NCBI GenBank assembly: GCA_963695545.1
Contig: OY968796.1
Span: forward strand, 4,000,001-4,064,000
DNA: 64,000 bases
From: Terriglobia bacterium
GTDB taxonomy: Bacteria; Acidobacteriota; Terriglobia; Acidiferrales; UBA7541
Direction: 5' to 3'
Shown here one piece after another: positions 10,189 to 20,328 of the stretch. The notes beneath the pieces were generated by a model, which made no database searches, was not told the DNA's origin, and saw nothing but the letters and a program-made list of their open reading frames with translations. Numbering within the stretch: the first letter of the stretch is position 1; each line of letters opens with the position of its first letter. The translations under genes and the position numbers were made by a program.

Positions 10189-11346
10189 CTATTGTGGCAG
10201 CAAAAGCAGATTGACGTGGCTGTGGACTGTGCCAGCGTAACGGAGCGAATCTTCGTGCTCGCTGATTACGGTGAGGTCCATTCGCTCGTCGCCGTTTTGC
10301 GTGACGTTGACGACCCAGCCAGTGCGCAGGGAAACGTCGATCAGGCTTTCACTCGAGCCCGTCCACGTGCCGGAGGTGTGCAGACCGCTGGGAATGTTTG
10401 CGCCAGACGAGGCTGCAGAGTTGCCCGGCGCGGAATCGTTTCCGTCGGCGCCGATTTCGGCTTTCAGCGTGGCTTTCGATGGCACAAGCAACACACGCGT
10501 CAGGATCACGGCGCAGGTTTCGGCGTTCGCCGGAGCGTTGATGGAGGGCGCGCCGGCGACCGGCGCCGAGCCCGCTGCCGAGGGAGCAGCCACGGCGCTT
10601 CCTGCATCCAGTGGGGATTGCCGGCAGGGCTCGTTGCGCAAATAACTGGAATCCGTGTGCCACGTCATGCCCGGGAGCGGAATGCCGTCGGCGGCGCGAT
10701 CGGCTGACCATGCTTGACCGGGCTCGACGGTCGGTCCAGGCGCGCCGACGCCGGAAGATAGTTGCGCAACCCAGGCTTCGGCGTCGCGCGCGGCTTGGGG
10801 AGTCTCGAAAACGTCGTCGCCGGCGGAGATGTCGGTTACCTTACCGTTCGCGTCGAGCGCCAGTTCGACAGTGTGGCCTTGAAGGTGCTGATACCGATCT
10901 TGAATCGAGCGCGCGTCGGGATCGTAGCCATCCGTCTGAATGGTGGCGGCGGATTTTTCGTACGTCATGCGCAGGCGCAGCGCGGCGGGAGAAGTGGAAT
11001 TCTGCTCGTGCGGAGTGGCTGCGAGTGGCGCCGATTGTGGCGCGCTACTTATGGACGAAACACTATCCGGCGGCAGAACATCGATGCGCACGGTGGCGTC
11101 CCAGGTGACGACGAGTCTCGTGGGGCCTTGCGGGTCTTGCACGACGCCTCCGGCGGACCCGGCGGTTGTGGTGACGAGTTCCATCTGATAGCGCAGCACC
11201 TGGCCGGGAGTGAATTTCGGGCGCAAATCTGCGGCAGCGGGCGGCGCCGTTTGGTTGGTCGCGGCGGGCTGTTGCGCGCGCGATCCGCTGAGCGAGCCAA
11301 GGGCGATCGCGCAGCCGAGAATGCTAATTGTCGCAAGCCGTGTCAT
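10189..11346 (-). CDS. Hypothetical secreted protein (beta-rich)
   Basis: Long ORF with signal peptide and Pro/Ala linkers; in operon downstream of asmA; start uncertain (11346 or 11370). Confidence 0.7.
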   Translation of the reverse strand: MTRLATISILGCAIALGSLSGSRAQQPAATNQTAPPAAADLRPKFTPGQVLRYQMELVTTTAGSAGGVVQDPQGPTRLVVTWDATVRIDVLPPDSVSSISSAPQSAPLAATPHEQNSTSPAALRLRMTYEKSAATIQTDGYDPDARSIQDRYQHLQGHTVELALDANGKVTDISAGDDVFETPQAARDAEAWVAQLSSGVGAPGPTVEPGQAWSADRAADGIPLPGMTWHTDSSYLRNEPCRQSPLDAGSAVAAPSAAGSAPVAGAPSINAPANAETCAVILTRVLLVPSKATLKAEIGADGNDSAPGNSAASSGANIPSGLHTSGTWTGSSESLIDVSLRTGWVVNVTQNGDERMDLTVISEHEDSLRYAGTVHSHVNLLLLPQ

Positions 11347-12295
11347 CACAATTCTCGATTTCGATTTCAACCGCGAGCCGCGATGAAAATTGCGGCGGCG
11401 CGGCCAATCCCGCGGCCGGCGTTAGCGTCCAGACGATCGTGCGCGCGGCCGAACGCGTTGCGACGACCAGACGACCGTCCTCAAGCGCGATGGTGCTGAG
11501 CGATTCGCCGCGAAAGTTTGCGTCCGCTGCGCCTTCGGGCGGCTTTTCGGGGCCAGCAGCCACAGTGGCCGAAATTTGCTGCACATCGTCGAGGCGCACC
11601 ATCAGCTTTGAGCCGCTGGCCGCGGCGAGCCATTGGCCGCTTTCCCAACCGCTTGCGGCCGACCAGTCCGGCAGCGAGACGGCACGCGCGGCTTGCCAAC
11701 GATCGTTCAGCAAGACGGGCCGCGTCGGCAGCACAACCGCCGGGCGCAGCGCGCGCAGCAACCATGCGGTAAGAACACGAGGGGCCTGCTCGTCGAGCTC
11801 GGGCGCGCCTTCGGGCGGAACGCCCAGCGTCTGGCCCGACGGCGACTCGTGGTAGCGAATCGTGCGGTCCTGGCTCCAGGCGGCGAGCGCGTCGTTCAAG
11901 GCTTTGGCCATGCGCGCCGATTCGGGGCCGGCGGGAATTTCAGCCGGCGTTGCGCTCGCGTCTTCGAGCGATTCTTCGATTTCGGCGCCGTCGGCGCCGA
12001 CCGAGAGCACACGAATTTGCGCGCGCCAAGTCAAAATACTTTTCACCTCGCGCGTGAACGGCGCGACGTAGGTTTTCGCGCCAATCGTTTGCGTTTGCTG
12101 GCCATCGACGTGCGCGGTCACGCTGAGTTGGATGCGAAATTCGGACGTGGCGCCGGCCGAAAAAAGAACTTGGAGAGGTTGGCCTTGCGCAACGGAGCCG
12201 CCCGGTTCGTGCGCGGCGCTCGCGGCAAGCGCGACGGCGCCGGAAACAATCAGCGCGACGCTACTGAGGAAAGCGAGTGATCGAGCCCGGATCAT
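11324..12295 (-). CDS. Hypothetical secreted protein (beta-rich)
   Basis: Signal peptide MIRARSLAFLSSVALIV..; starts 5 nt after the asmA stop. Confidence 0.7.
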   Translation of the reverse strand: MIRARSLAFLSSVALIVSGAVALAASAAHEPGGSVAQGQPLQVLFSAGATSEFRIQLSVTAHVDGQQTQTIGAKTYVAPFTREVKSILTWRAQIRVLSVGADGAEIEESLEDASATPAEIPAGPESARMAKALNDALAAWSQDRTIRYHESPSGQTLGVPPEGAPELDEQAPRVLTAWLLRALRPAVVLPTRPVLLNDRWQAARAVSLPDWSAASGWESGQWLAAASGSKLMVRLDDVQQISATVAAGPEKPPEGAADANFRGESLSTIALEDGRLVVATRSAARTIVWTLTPAAGLAAPPQFSSRLAVEIEIENCDDTACDN

Positions 12296-12299
12296 CGCC

Positions 12300-15080
12300 T
12301 CAGCGCTGGCCTCCGCGGATTGCGCCACGCGCCGGGCGCGAATTCGGCGGCGCCGGCGTGGCGGGCGGCTGATCTATCGTTACCGCAATTTGCGGAGAGG
12401 CGAAGGAGCCGGTGAGCCGATAAACGAGCGGCGGCGCTCCGGTTGCGGCTGGCGTCGCGGTCCGCGCGGGGCGGGTGGACGCGCCGCGCGAAGTCGGAGA
12501 AATTTCGATGCGCAAATCCAGCGAACCTTGGAAATCGACGGTACCGCTCGCGACGACATCCGCGACAGCCGGCGCCGTCAATCGCAAAGGCGCCACGTGC
12601 ACCATGCGGTCCGCAATGCGAAATGCCGCTTGCGTGTCGGTGAAGTGCACGTCGTCGAACGCGGGTTGATCCTGCGCGGCGGATTGATTCGGGCGCAGCG
12701 CTCCGAAATCGAAACCGGCGATCTGAAGATTCCGCGATACGAGCGAGCCTTGGCCGGTGAGCGAATCAAGAAGCGCCTCGCGGCCGATTCCGCTCGCGTG
12801 CAAGGTCAGTTCGCCCGCGGCGGCGCCGAAGAACATTCCTGGGAGCGAGGGCACAACCGGCACGAGCGTCGCAAGGTCCACACGATCGAATCGTATCGTT
12901 GCGTCATAGGTTGGCGCGGCGCCGAGGGCTGCGGCGAATTCGCCATCGACCGTGCCGCCGGCGAACGAGCCTTTGGCGCGATGAACTTCGATGGATTTTC
13001 CGGCGATTTCGACGTCGGCATCCAGCTGCGAGATGCTCAACGGAGCCAGCGAAAAATCGCCGACGCGCATGCGGCCGCGCGCGTGCAACGGGATGTTCGC
13101 AAGCAACGAGGAAACTTCTTCGCCGGTTGAGCTTTGCGCGGAACCAAACAATCCGAGCCGCTCGAGCAGGCCGGCGGGGCGAGATCGCGGTTCAATCCAG
13201 CGATCGAGCACGGACGCATCGAGCCGGTCCGTGGTGAGATCGAATTGCCAAGCGGGATGCGCGGCGGTGCGCGAAACCGTACCAGCCCAAACGGTATCGA
13301 AGCCCTGCGCGGCGGTGAGCGTGAGTTTTTCAGCCGCGCCATTGCCGAGATCGAGCACCGCGCTCGGCAAAATCAGCGGCTGATTCAAGAACGCGAATTG
13401 CAACGAAAGGCCGTGCGATTCGATCGAGCCCTGCCAATCGGTCGATCCCGAATGGAAATCTCCGTCGCCGCGAACATGAAAGGCCAAAGCTCCTTCGGCT
13501 CTCCATAACGGCGAAAGCGGGCCGCCGAATTGGCGCGCGAGTGCCACGTAATCTTGCACGCGGTCTGCCGTGCCGTCGAGCGAGACGCGAAATCGCCAAC
13601 CAGCGCCTGCCGCGGGCGCGGCGCGGCTCAATGTGGCGCCACCGGCGACGACGTGAGCCGGCTGCGGCAAAAGAAGCGATGCCTCGATGCGCAGCTGGCC
13701 GGGCTGCGACGCAGCAGGCGCGCCGGGCGCAGGCTCAAATTGCACGACGATCACAGACGAGCTAAGAGCGCCCGACTCGAGCGAGGCATTCCATCGGGCA
13801 AAGCGCAATGGCGCGAGCGTGGCGAGCGGAACGACGCGCGCGCCGGCGCTCTCAAGCGACGCGTCAACGATGCGCGGCGGCCAATCTTCGATGGCTCCTT
13901 CGGCGCGCACCCAGCCTTCGATCGAGAGATCGTCATTCACGCCCGCGTGAAATGTTCGATACCACGCGAGCAAATCGCCGTAGGCGATCTCCGAAGACGC
14001 GATCGAGATGCGCGGATGAAAACCGTGATTCCACAGAAGCTCGCCGCTCGCGTGAAGAACCGAAGCGGGCGCCTGGACATCGCAGGACGTGAGCACCAAA
14101 CGCGATTCGCCCGAGCGCCAAAGCGCATCGAGATGAACGTTCACCGAAGGTTGACCGGGCTTGGAAGGAGAATCCCACAGATGGATTCCCGCGAGATGCA
14201 CCGTGCCGCTGAGGTTCCACTCTGCGGGCGCGGGAGCGGAAAGATTCGCGGCGTCGCCCGGCGCCGGCGGCTCGATGTGCGCGTGGAACTCGGCCGCGAC
14301 CGCGCCGCGAATTCCGAAATCGTCGCCACGCGTCAGTCGCAGCGCATCTTCGATGGACGCGCCCGATAGGGAGACTTCAAGATCGGCCGGCTGAAGCCGC
14401 GACGAAGTGCCGCCCACCAGACCCCGAACATGCACCATCCCGCCCTGCGGTTGCGCGACGCCGGGGCGCATCGGCTCCGCATCGAAATCAATTTGCCAGC
14501 GGCCTGGGCTTTCCTGTTCCAGATCGCCGGTGACATCTTCGAGCGCGAAGGGGCGAACGTCCTGATCCTGTTTGAAATTTACGCGCCCGCCATCCACCTC
14601 GATTCGCGACAAATGAAATCGGAGCGCCGAGCGCAGTGGCGATGCTTCAGAACGTTTGCCCTGTTCGGCCGGCGCAGGCGCAGGCGCGGGCAGCCAGCTT
14701 TCAAGATTCCAGTGGCCGTCGGACATGCGCGCCAAATTCAGAGTGGGGCGGGTGAAGGAGAGTGTTCCGAATTCAAAATGACCGGAGAGTAGCGCCGACC
14801 AGCGCGGGCCGGCGGTCAATTGTTCGGCGCGCAGAAAATATTCCTGGCCGAAGCGCGGATCCTCCGCGACGCTCACGTCGAGCGCTTCAATGCGCGGGCC
14901 ATCGAGCAAACTGAAACTGAATGTGCGCACTTCGACGGGGCGGCCGAAACTCGATTCGAGACGCGCGGTGAGGTAGCGGTGCAACGCGGGCGTTCGCAGC
15001 AGGAGGGAGAACCCTTCGCTCGCGATAAGCAGAACGGCCGCAAGAACCACGGCCCACCGGAACCAGCGCTTGCGAAGCAT
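12300..15080 (-). CDS. AsmA-family protein
   Basis: N-terminal TM anchor, LESSFGRPV, EDPRFGQEYFLRA..L, GHWNLES; C-terminal LTGQGSL/GTVDF/LTGSFASP pattern. Confidence 0.82.
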   Translation of the reverse strand: MLRKRWFRWAVVLAAVLLIASEGFSLLLRTPALHRYLTARLESSFGRPVEVRTFSFSLLDGPRIEALDVSVAEDPRFGQEYFLRAEQLTAGPRWSALLSGHFEFGTLSFTRPTLNLARMSDGHWNLESWLPAPAPAPAEQGKRSEASPLRSALRFHLSRIEVDGGRVNFKQDQDVRPFALEDVTGDLEQESPGRWQIDFDAEPMRPGVAQPQGGMVHVRGLVGGTSSRLQPADLEVSLSGASIEDALRLTRGDDFGIRGAVAAEFHAHIEPPAPGDAANLSAPAPAEWNLSGTVHLAGIHLWDSPSKPGQPSVNVHLDALWRSGESRLVLTSCDVQAPASVLHASGELLWNHGFHPRISIASSEIAYGDLLAWYRTFHAGVNDDLSIEGWVRAEGAIEDWPPRIVDASLESAGARVVPLATLAPLRFARWNASLESGALSSSVIVVQFEPAPGAPAASQPGQLRIEASLLLPQPAHVVAGGATLSRAAPAAGAGWRFRVSLDGTADRVQDYVALARQFGGPLSPLWRAEGALAFHVRGDGDFHSGSTDWQGSIESHGLSLQFAFLNQPLILPSAVLDLGNGAAEKLTLTAAQGFDTVWAGTVSRTAAHPAWQFDLTTDRLDASVLDRWIEPRSRPAGLLERLGLFGSAQSSTGEEVSSLLANIPLHARGRMRVGDFSLAPLSISQLDADVEIAGKSIEVHRAKGSFAGGTVDGEFAAALGAAPTYDATIRFDRVDLATLVPVVPSLPGMFFGAAAGELTLHASGIGREALLDSLTGQGSLVSRNLQIAGFDFGALRPNQSAAQDQPAFDDVHFTDTQAAFRIADRMVHVAPLRLTAPAVADVVASGTVDFQGSLDLRIEISPTSRGASTRPARTATPAATGAPPLVYRLTGSFASPQIAVTIDQPPATPAPPNSRPARGAIRGGQR

Positions 15081-15156
15081 GAGGCGGAAACGAATTGTGG
15101 CAAATCGCGGAAGGAAAGAAAAGCAGCGCGTCTCGGGCCAATCGGACGGGGCGGCG

Positions 15157-15951
15157 CTAATGGACTTCGTGGAACATGCGGCCGCCGCGCGTGCGCGAAA
15201 AAATGTGGATCAGCGAATCGAAAAGATCGACGAGCTGGCTGCCAAGACCCTCGTCAGGCGATTCGGATTCGGGCGAATTCACCGACCAATAGATAATCAC
15301 CGGGCGGCCCATGATGGCTTCGCGGTCCACGAAGCCCCAATATCGGCTGTCCCAGCTGTGATCGCGATTGTCGCCCATCGCAAAATATTTGCCGGGCGGC
15401 ACCACGAGCTCGCCATCGTGCACATAGTTCAGGATTTGGCTGGCCCATTCCGGGCGCATCAGCGCGTCGAGACTGCCGGCCTCGGTGGGCGGAAAGCTTA
15501 TGCCGAATGGATCGTAAGGCGCGTCAGGATCGTGCACCACGTACGGCTCTTTCTGAAGCACGTCGTTCACGTAGACCTGCTGGTCAACCATCTTGATGCG
15601 ATCACCGGGAATTCCGATCACGCGCTTCACATAATGCGGATGATCGTCGAACGGAAAATGGAAAACGATCACGTCGCCGCGGCGAATGTCGCGATACGGA
15701 AGGAAGTGGTCGTACCAGTGGCCGCGCCCCTCGAAGATAAATTTGTTCACGAGCAGGTGATCGCCCACCAGCAGCGTCGGTTCCATCGAAGGCGATGGAA
15801 TTTTGAATGCCTGCACAATAAACGTGGTTCCGAACAGCGCCAGAATCACGGTGACCAGAAGCGATTCGGCGTATTCGCGCAGCGTAGTTTCGCCGCGCGA
15901 GGCGGGCCGCGCGGCAGATCCGGATTCCGTGACTTCGGCCGTTTCAGGCAT
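15157..15951 (-). CDS. lepB: Signal peptidase I (copy 2)
   Basis: IPSPSMEPTL (Ser), YVKRVIGIPGD (Lys), MGDNRDHSWDSRYWG. Confidence 0.96.
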   Translation of the reverse strand: MPETAEVTESGSAARPASRGETTLREYAESLLVTVILALFGTTFIVQAFKIPSPSMEPTLLVGDHLLVNKFIFEGRGHWYDHFLPYRDIRRGDVIVFHFPFDDHPHYVKRVIGIPGDRIKMVDQQVYVNDVLQKEPYVVHDPDAPYDPFGISFPPTEAGSLDALMRPEWASQILNYVHDGELVVPPGKYFAMGDNRDHSWDSRYWGFVDREAIMGRPVIIYWSVNSPESESPDEGLGSQLVDLFDSLIHIFSRTRGGRMFHEVH

Positions 15952-15993
15952 CGCCAGGTTGCTGTGGCAACTTCCTTTCCGAGAGTTCGCCGC

Positions 15994-16824
15994 TCAGTGC
16001 ACCAGCCGCAGAATCCTATCGCCCCGCGTGCGCGCGGGCAAATGAATCAGCGCGTCGAGCCAGTCCGCCAATTGTCCGCTGAGCCCTCGCCCCTCGTATC
16101 CGGCCTCGGCGGACCTCACCGACCAGTATATGACGATGGGCCGGCCAATGATGGCCTCGCGGTCCACAAATCCCCAATAGCGGCTGTCCTCGCTGTTGTC
16201 GCGGTTGTCGCCCATGGCGAAGTATTTTCCCGGCGGCACAATCAGTTCTCCGTTGCGAACGTAACTCAAAATCTCGGCAGCCCACTCCGGTCGCATCGAT
16301 GGATCCAGACCTTCCACATCGCGCGGGGGAAAATCCGCGGCGAACAGATCGTACGGAATCGAGGGATCGTGGTAGGCGTAAGGCTCCTTGAGCGGCGCGC
16401 CGTTGATATAAACGGTTTGATCCACGATCTTGATTCTATCTCCGGGCAAACCAATGGCCCGCTTCACGTAGTATGGATGATCGTCGAAAGGGTACGGAAA
16501 GACGATCACGTCGCCGCGCCGGACCTCTCGATACGGAAGCAAATGGTCGTACCAATGTCCGCGGCCGCCGAAAATAAATTTGTCCACGAGCACATGATCG
16601 CCCACCAGCAGCGCCGGCTCCATGGAACGCGTGGGAATCTTGAAAGCCTGAACAACGAAGGTCGTGCAGAAAAGCGCCAGGAGCACGGTCACCACAAGCG
16701 ATTCGATGTACTCCCACACCGTGGCGCGCCGATGCGCGTGACGCTGTCCCCGATGCGCCGGACGAGATTTTTCTGGCGAGCCCGACACTTCGGAAACGTC
16801 ACGCAGGTCGGGCGCGCCGGCCAT
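15994..16824 (-). CDS. lepB: Signal peptidase I (copy 1)
   Basis: IPTRSMEPAL, YVKRAIGLPGD, MGDNRDNSEDSRYWG. Confidence 0.95.
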   Translation of the reverse strand: MAGAPDLRDVSEVSGSPEKSRPAHRGQRHAHRRATVWEYIESLVVTVLLALFCTTFVVQAFKIPTRSMEPALLVGDHVLVDKFIFGGRGHWYDHLLPYREVRRGDVIVFPYPFDDHPYYVKRAIGLPGDRIKIVDQTVYINGAPLKEPYAYHDPSIPYDLFAADFPPRDVEGLDPSMRPEWAAEILSYVRNGELIVPPGKYFAMGDNRDNSEDSRYWGFVDREAIIGRPIVIYWSVRSAEAGYEGRGLSGQLADWLDALIHLPARTRGDRILRLVH

Positions 16825-16831
16825 GGTAGAT

Positions 16832-17545
16832 TTATTCCTCCCCGCGATCCGTGCCCAATCGTTCGAGAACCGAGCGTGCCGCGTCCTGTTCGGCTTCCTT
16901 CTTCGTTCGGCCGGTGCCGGTCGCGGTGACGCCCGAGGCGCGCACTTCGATGCGGAACGTCTTGCGATGGTCCGGTCCCGATTCTTCGACTACACGATAT
17001 TCGGCCTGGCCGCGTCCGCCGGCTTGGAGCAATTCCTGAAGCGCAGATTTGTGATCGGATCGGCCGGGACTCGCGGCCTCCGCTTCAAGCGCTCCGGCCA
17101 CCAGCGCGCGGCGGACGAAATCGCGAGCCACCTCGAGGCCGGCGTCCAGATAAACCGCGGCAACCACGGCTTCGAGCGCATCGGCAAGCAGAGCGGGCTT
17201 TTCGCGTCCGCCGGTCTTTTCTTCGCCGCGGCCGAGCCGAAGATATCGGCCGAGATCGATTTGCCGGGCCGTTGCCGCGAGCGAAGATTCGTTCACCAAA
17301 CGCGCGCGGCTTTTTGAGAGCTGCCCTTCACTCCAATCGGGAAAAGCGCGTAACAGCTCTTCGCTCACCAGCATTCCCAGGATTGCGTCTCCCAGGAACT
17401 CAAGTTGTTCGTTATCGCCGAGCGGCGCGGCCGATCCGGGTTCCGGCGATACCGAGCGGTGCGTCAGCGCCCGATCAAGAAGACTGCGATCGGCGAACGT
17501 GTGGCCGAGATCGGTTTCCAATCGGGCGAAGTCCGCAGCCGCCAT
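16832..17545 (-). CDS. rnc: Ribonuclease III
   Basis: ALTHRS, NEQLEFLGDAIL signature, ADALEA, dsRBD (GPDH..F..G.TKKEAEQ). Confidence 0.97.
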   Translation of the reverse strand: MAAADFARLETDLGHTFADRSLLDRALTHRSVSPEPGSAAPLGDNEQLEFLGDAILGMLVSEELLRAFPDWSEGQLSKSRARLVNESSLAATARQIDLGRYLRLGRGEEKTGGREKPALLADALEAVVAAVYLDAGLEVARDFVRRALVAGALEAEAASPGRSDHKSALQELLQAGGRGQAEYRVVEESGPDHRKTFRIEVRASGVTATGTGRTKKEAEQDAARSVLERLGTDRGEE

Positions 17546-17560
17546 CGCAATGCCACACGC

Positions 17561-18481
17561 TCAAGGCTTCGGCTGCGGAGGAGCGGGTGTGGCCGCAGGC
17601 GCCGCGGCAGGCGGAGGCGCGAGCAGCGCCTTCTTTTTCGCGTCGTCCAAGCCGGCTTTGCAGCGATCTTGCATCGGCCCTTCATCCGTGCATTTCATGA
17701 ACGTGTTCACGGCATCGTCGAAGTGACCGACTTGCTCATACGCATGGCCGAGGAGGAAATAATCCACAGGGTCGGGAGAATTCGCCAACTGCACGGCTTG
17801 CGTTAATTCAGCCACGGCATCGTTGAACTTTCCCGTTTTGTAATCGATAAGGCCGAGACCGCTGTGGCACATCGACAGTTTGTCGTTCTTCGCCGCGGTG
17901 AACTGTGCGTCGTCCAACGTGGCAGGCTTCGCCATCGTCGAAATCAAGCTGATGGCGTGTTGCCCGTAGTTTTCTAGCTTCACGTACTCATCGGCAGCGC
18001 CCGCATCCTGCGGTTGAACCTTCCGGGCCATGGCCCAAACCGTCAGCGAAAGCGCATCGACGTTGTCCGGGTCCAAGTTGATCGAGTTCTGCGCGGCGGC
18101 AATCATTTTGTCGCTGTCGCCCGAACCGAGATAATCCAGGGCCAGCGCCGAGTAAACGGTTGAGAGGTAGCGGCTGGTCGGATACTTTTTTACGAAATCC
18201 TCGCCCAACCCGATCTGCTTTGTCGGATCTGGCCCGTGTGCGTCGTAGAAGGCTTTGTAGTCAGCCTCTTCCGCTTTATCTACAGGCGGCGCCGCCTGGG
18301 TGGCGGGCTGGCCCGATCCGGGCAACTGGCCTGAGGGCAATTGTCCGGACGGCCCCTGCGCCGGCGTCGCGGGCGCGGACGAACTTGGCGCCGGCGTTTG
18401 GTTCATCTGAGCTCGGCCCGTGGCGATAAACAGCAGCGCCAGCAGAACCGTTCCGGCAGTCTTCACTAATTTCCGCTTCAT
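17561..18481 (-). CDS. Secreted tetratricopeptide-repeat protein
   Basis: Signal peptide, Pro/Gln linker, TPR-like helices. Confidence 0.75.
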   Translation of the reverse strand: MKRKLVKTAGTVLLALLFIATGRAQMNQTPAPSSSAPATPAQGPSGQLPSGQLPGSGQPATQAAPPVDKAEEADYKAFYDAHGPDPTKQIGLGEDFVKKYPTSRYLSTVYSALALDYLGSGDSDKMIAAAQNSINLDPDNVDALSLTVWAMARKVQPQDAGAADEYVKLENYGQHAISLISTMAKPATLDDAQFTAAKNDKLSMCHSGLGLIDYKTGKFNDAVAELTQAVQLANSPDPVDYFLLGHAYEQVGHFDDAVNTFMKCTDEGPMQDRCKAGLDDAKKKALLAPPPAAAPAATPAPPQPKP

Positions 18482-18525
18482 GGCGTATGACTCCTTGTCA
18501 AAATTTGCGCTCGAGGAAAAACCGC

Positions 18526-20229
18526 TTATGGCTTTGCGTTCCCCGGATCGTCTGTGTGCTGCGGAGCTTGAAAACCTTGATCCACGCCCTTCTGCGCGGC
18601 CGCCTTGGCGGCGTCGGGCGCGCCTTCAACCGAGAGTGCCGCGCGGTATTCGGCGACGGCCTGGTCTCGATTTCCCTGCACATCATACAGCCGGCCCAGA
18701 TACACGTGCGACCACGAAAGCGTGCGGGCGTCGGGCGGATCCGTCGGCGCATCGGTGGCCGGCGTCGAACCCGTGCCGGAGGCGGGGCCCGCGCCCGGAG
18801 CCGCGGCAACGATTTGCAGGAACAACTGCTCCGCACGCTCAGCTCGACTTTGCATCAGCGAAGCGACCGCCAGTCCGAACAGCGCTCGAGATTCGCCCGG
18901 ATGGCGCGTCAGAACGCGCTCGAACGACGCCGCGGCGGAGTTCGCGTCGTTGGCGGCGATCGCTGCTTCGCCTTCGATCAAATCCGCGTTGTCCGCGTAG
19001 CCCACGGCTATGTGCGGCCGCGCCACCTCCGCGGTACGCGGCGCAAATTGCACGCCGGCAAGCCGGCGCATCTCAGCGGCGACGTTAATCCCGTGGACCA
19101 GATCGGGATAATACAAATTCATCGGGGGCTGCGTTTTCTCGAAGCTCATCAACTGCGTGACCAGCGGCCGCACCAGCACGTAGCCGTCCGCGTCTTCGCT
19201 CGCCAGACGCGCCTCCAAGTCCGACGGGCGGTCCAGGCGCAACTCCACCGCGCGCACCAAACACTCGGTGAAGTACGACGTGAAATCGTCGTCATATTCC
19301 TGCGGCAAGCGCGGCGCCCGAACCGCGACCCCTAGCAACGGAGCGTCAGCGACAATCGTGTTGTGGAAGCGGTATGCCAACGGGTCGAGAAAGAAATGCA
19401 GGAACGCGTGGCGAATCTCGTCGAGCGGAAGGCCGCGGCCTGGATCGAGCACGAAATCGTATTCGTCACCGAGGTTGAGGAAATTCGAGTGCGCGCCGAC
19501 CAGCGGCTCGACGTACACCGTGAACGTCTGTGGGCTTCTGGGATTGATCACTTCGCGAAGGTAGCCGCTGGTGACGTAGAGCACGTTCGACACGGGTCCG
19601 GTGACGGACGTCACGGCACTCTCGTACTGCGGCTCGACCTGGTGCCAAATATCTTCGATATGCCCCTCGGCGTAAAAATTCGAGAGCACCGCGCCGAAGC
19701 CCTCCAGCGCGAGCGCATCCGGCGAAACGTCCTCGCGGTGAACTTGAATCTCGAACACCGGCGGCGGTCCCATCGCCAGGGCGTAGGCGATGTAGCGGGA
19801 GAGCGTGGAGCCGGGATCCGCCAGCTCGTGATCCTGATAAAATTTTCGCAGCGCATCCACGGACGGCCCGTGAAGCGCTTCCATCTTCGCGCGAAGCTCC
19901 ACGCGAGCGGGCGTGCCGCCGCCGTCCGGATCGAAGCCCGCGGCGTCCAGCGCGCACATCGTGGCAAACAACTGCAAGCTCGGCTCGATGCTGACGGGAG
20001 CTCTTCGCGGCTCCACGTTGCTCTGGTCGTCAGGCGCGGCCTGATCGGCCGGCGCTGCTGGCGCAGTGTGCTTCGGTTGAGGTTGCGACGCGGGAGCCTG
20101 CGGCGGCGCATCCTGGCCCGGCTCGGTCTGCTGCGGACGTGCGGCGGCGCTGGCTGCGATGAGACACAGTGCCACGGCGGTGTAGATCGCTTTGGAAGAA
20201 AGCTGCATTCTGAAGGTGGGGACGATCAA
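18526..20229 (-). CDS. Secreted protein with C-terminal TPRs
   Basis: Signal peptide, central HAFLH (degenerate HExxH-like), C-terminal TPR (YLGRLYDVQGNRDQAVAEY). Confidence 0.7.
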   Translation of the reverse strand: MIVPTFRMQLSSKAIYTAVALCLIAASAAARPQQTEPGQDAPPQAPASQPQPKHTAPAAPADQAAPDDQSNVEPRRAPVSIEPSLQLFATMCALDAAGFDPDGGGTPARVELRAKMEALHGPSVDALRKFYQDHELADPGSTLSRYIAYALAMGPPPVFEIQVHREDVSPDALALEGFGAVLSNFYAEGHIEDIWHQVEPQYESAVTSVTGPVSNVLYVTSGYLREVINPRSPQTFTVYVEPLVGAHSNFLNLGDEYDFVLDPGRGLPLDEIRHAFLHFFLDPLAYRFHNTIVADAPLLGVAVRAPRLPQEYDDDFTSYFTECLVRAVELRLDRPSDLEARLASEDADGYVLVRPLVTQLMSFEKTQPPMNLYYPDLVHGINVAAEMRRLAGVQFAPRTAEVARPHIAVGYADNADLIEGEAAIAANDANSAAASFERVLTRHPGESRALFGLAVASLMQSRAERAEQLFLQIVAAAPGAGPASGTGSTPATDAPTDPPDARTLSWSHVYLGRLYDVQGNRDQAVAEYRAALSVEGAPDAAKAAAQKGVDQGFQAPQHTDDPGNAKP

Positions 20230-20328
20230 ATTGCCGTCATGTCCGCGCCCGGGAAGCCACTTTACAAGCCCTGCCAGCCGCAGTCAAGAAACGCGCCGCC
20301 GCGAAAATCCGTTTCTGCCGCGCCGCGT

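Noticed and set aside
15070..16929. 619-aa ORF with internal duplication
   Set aside because: Antisense shadow of the two lepB paralogues, which explains the duplication.
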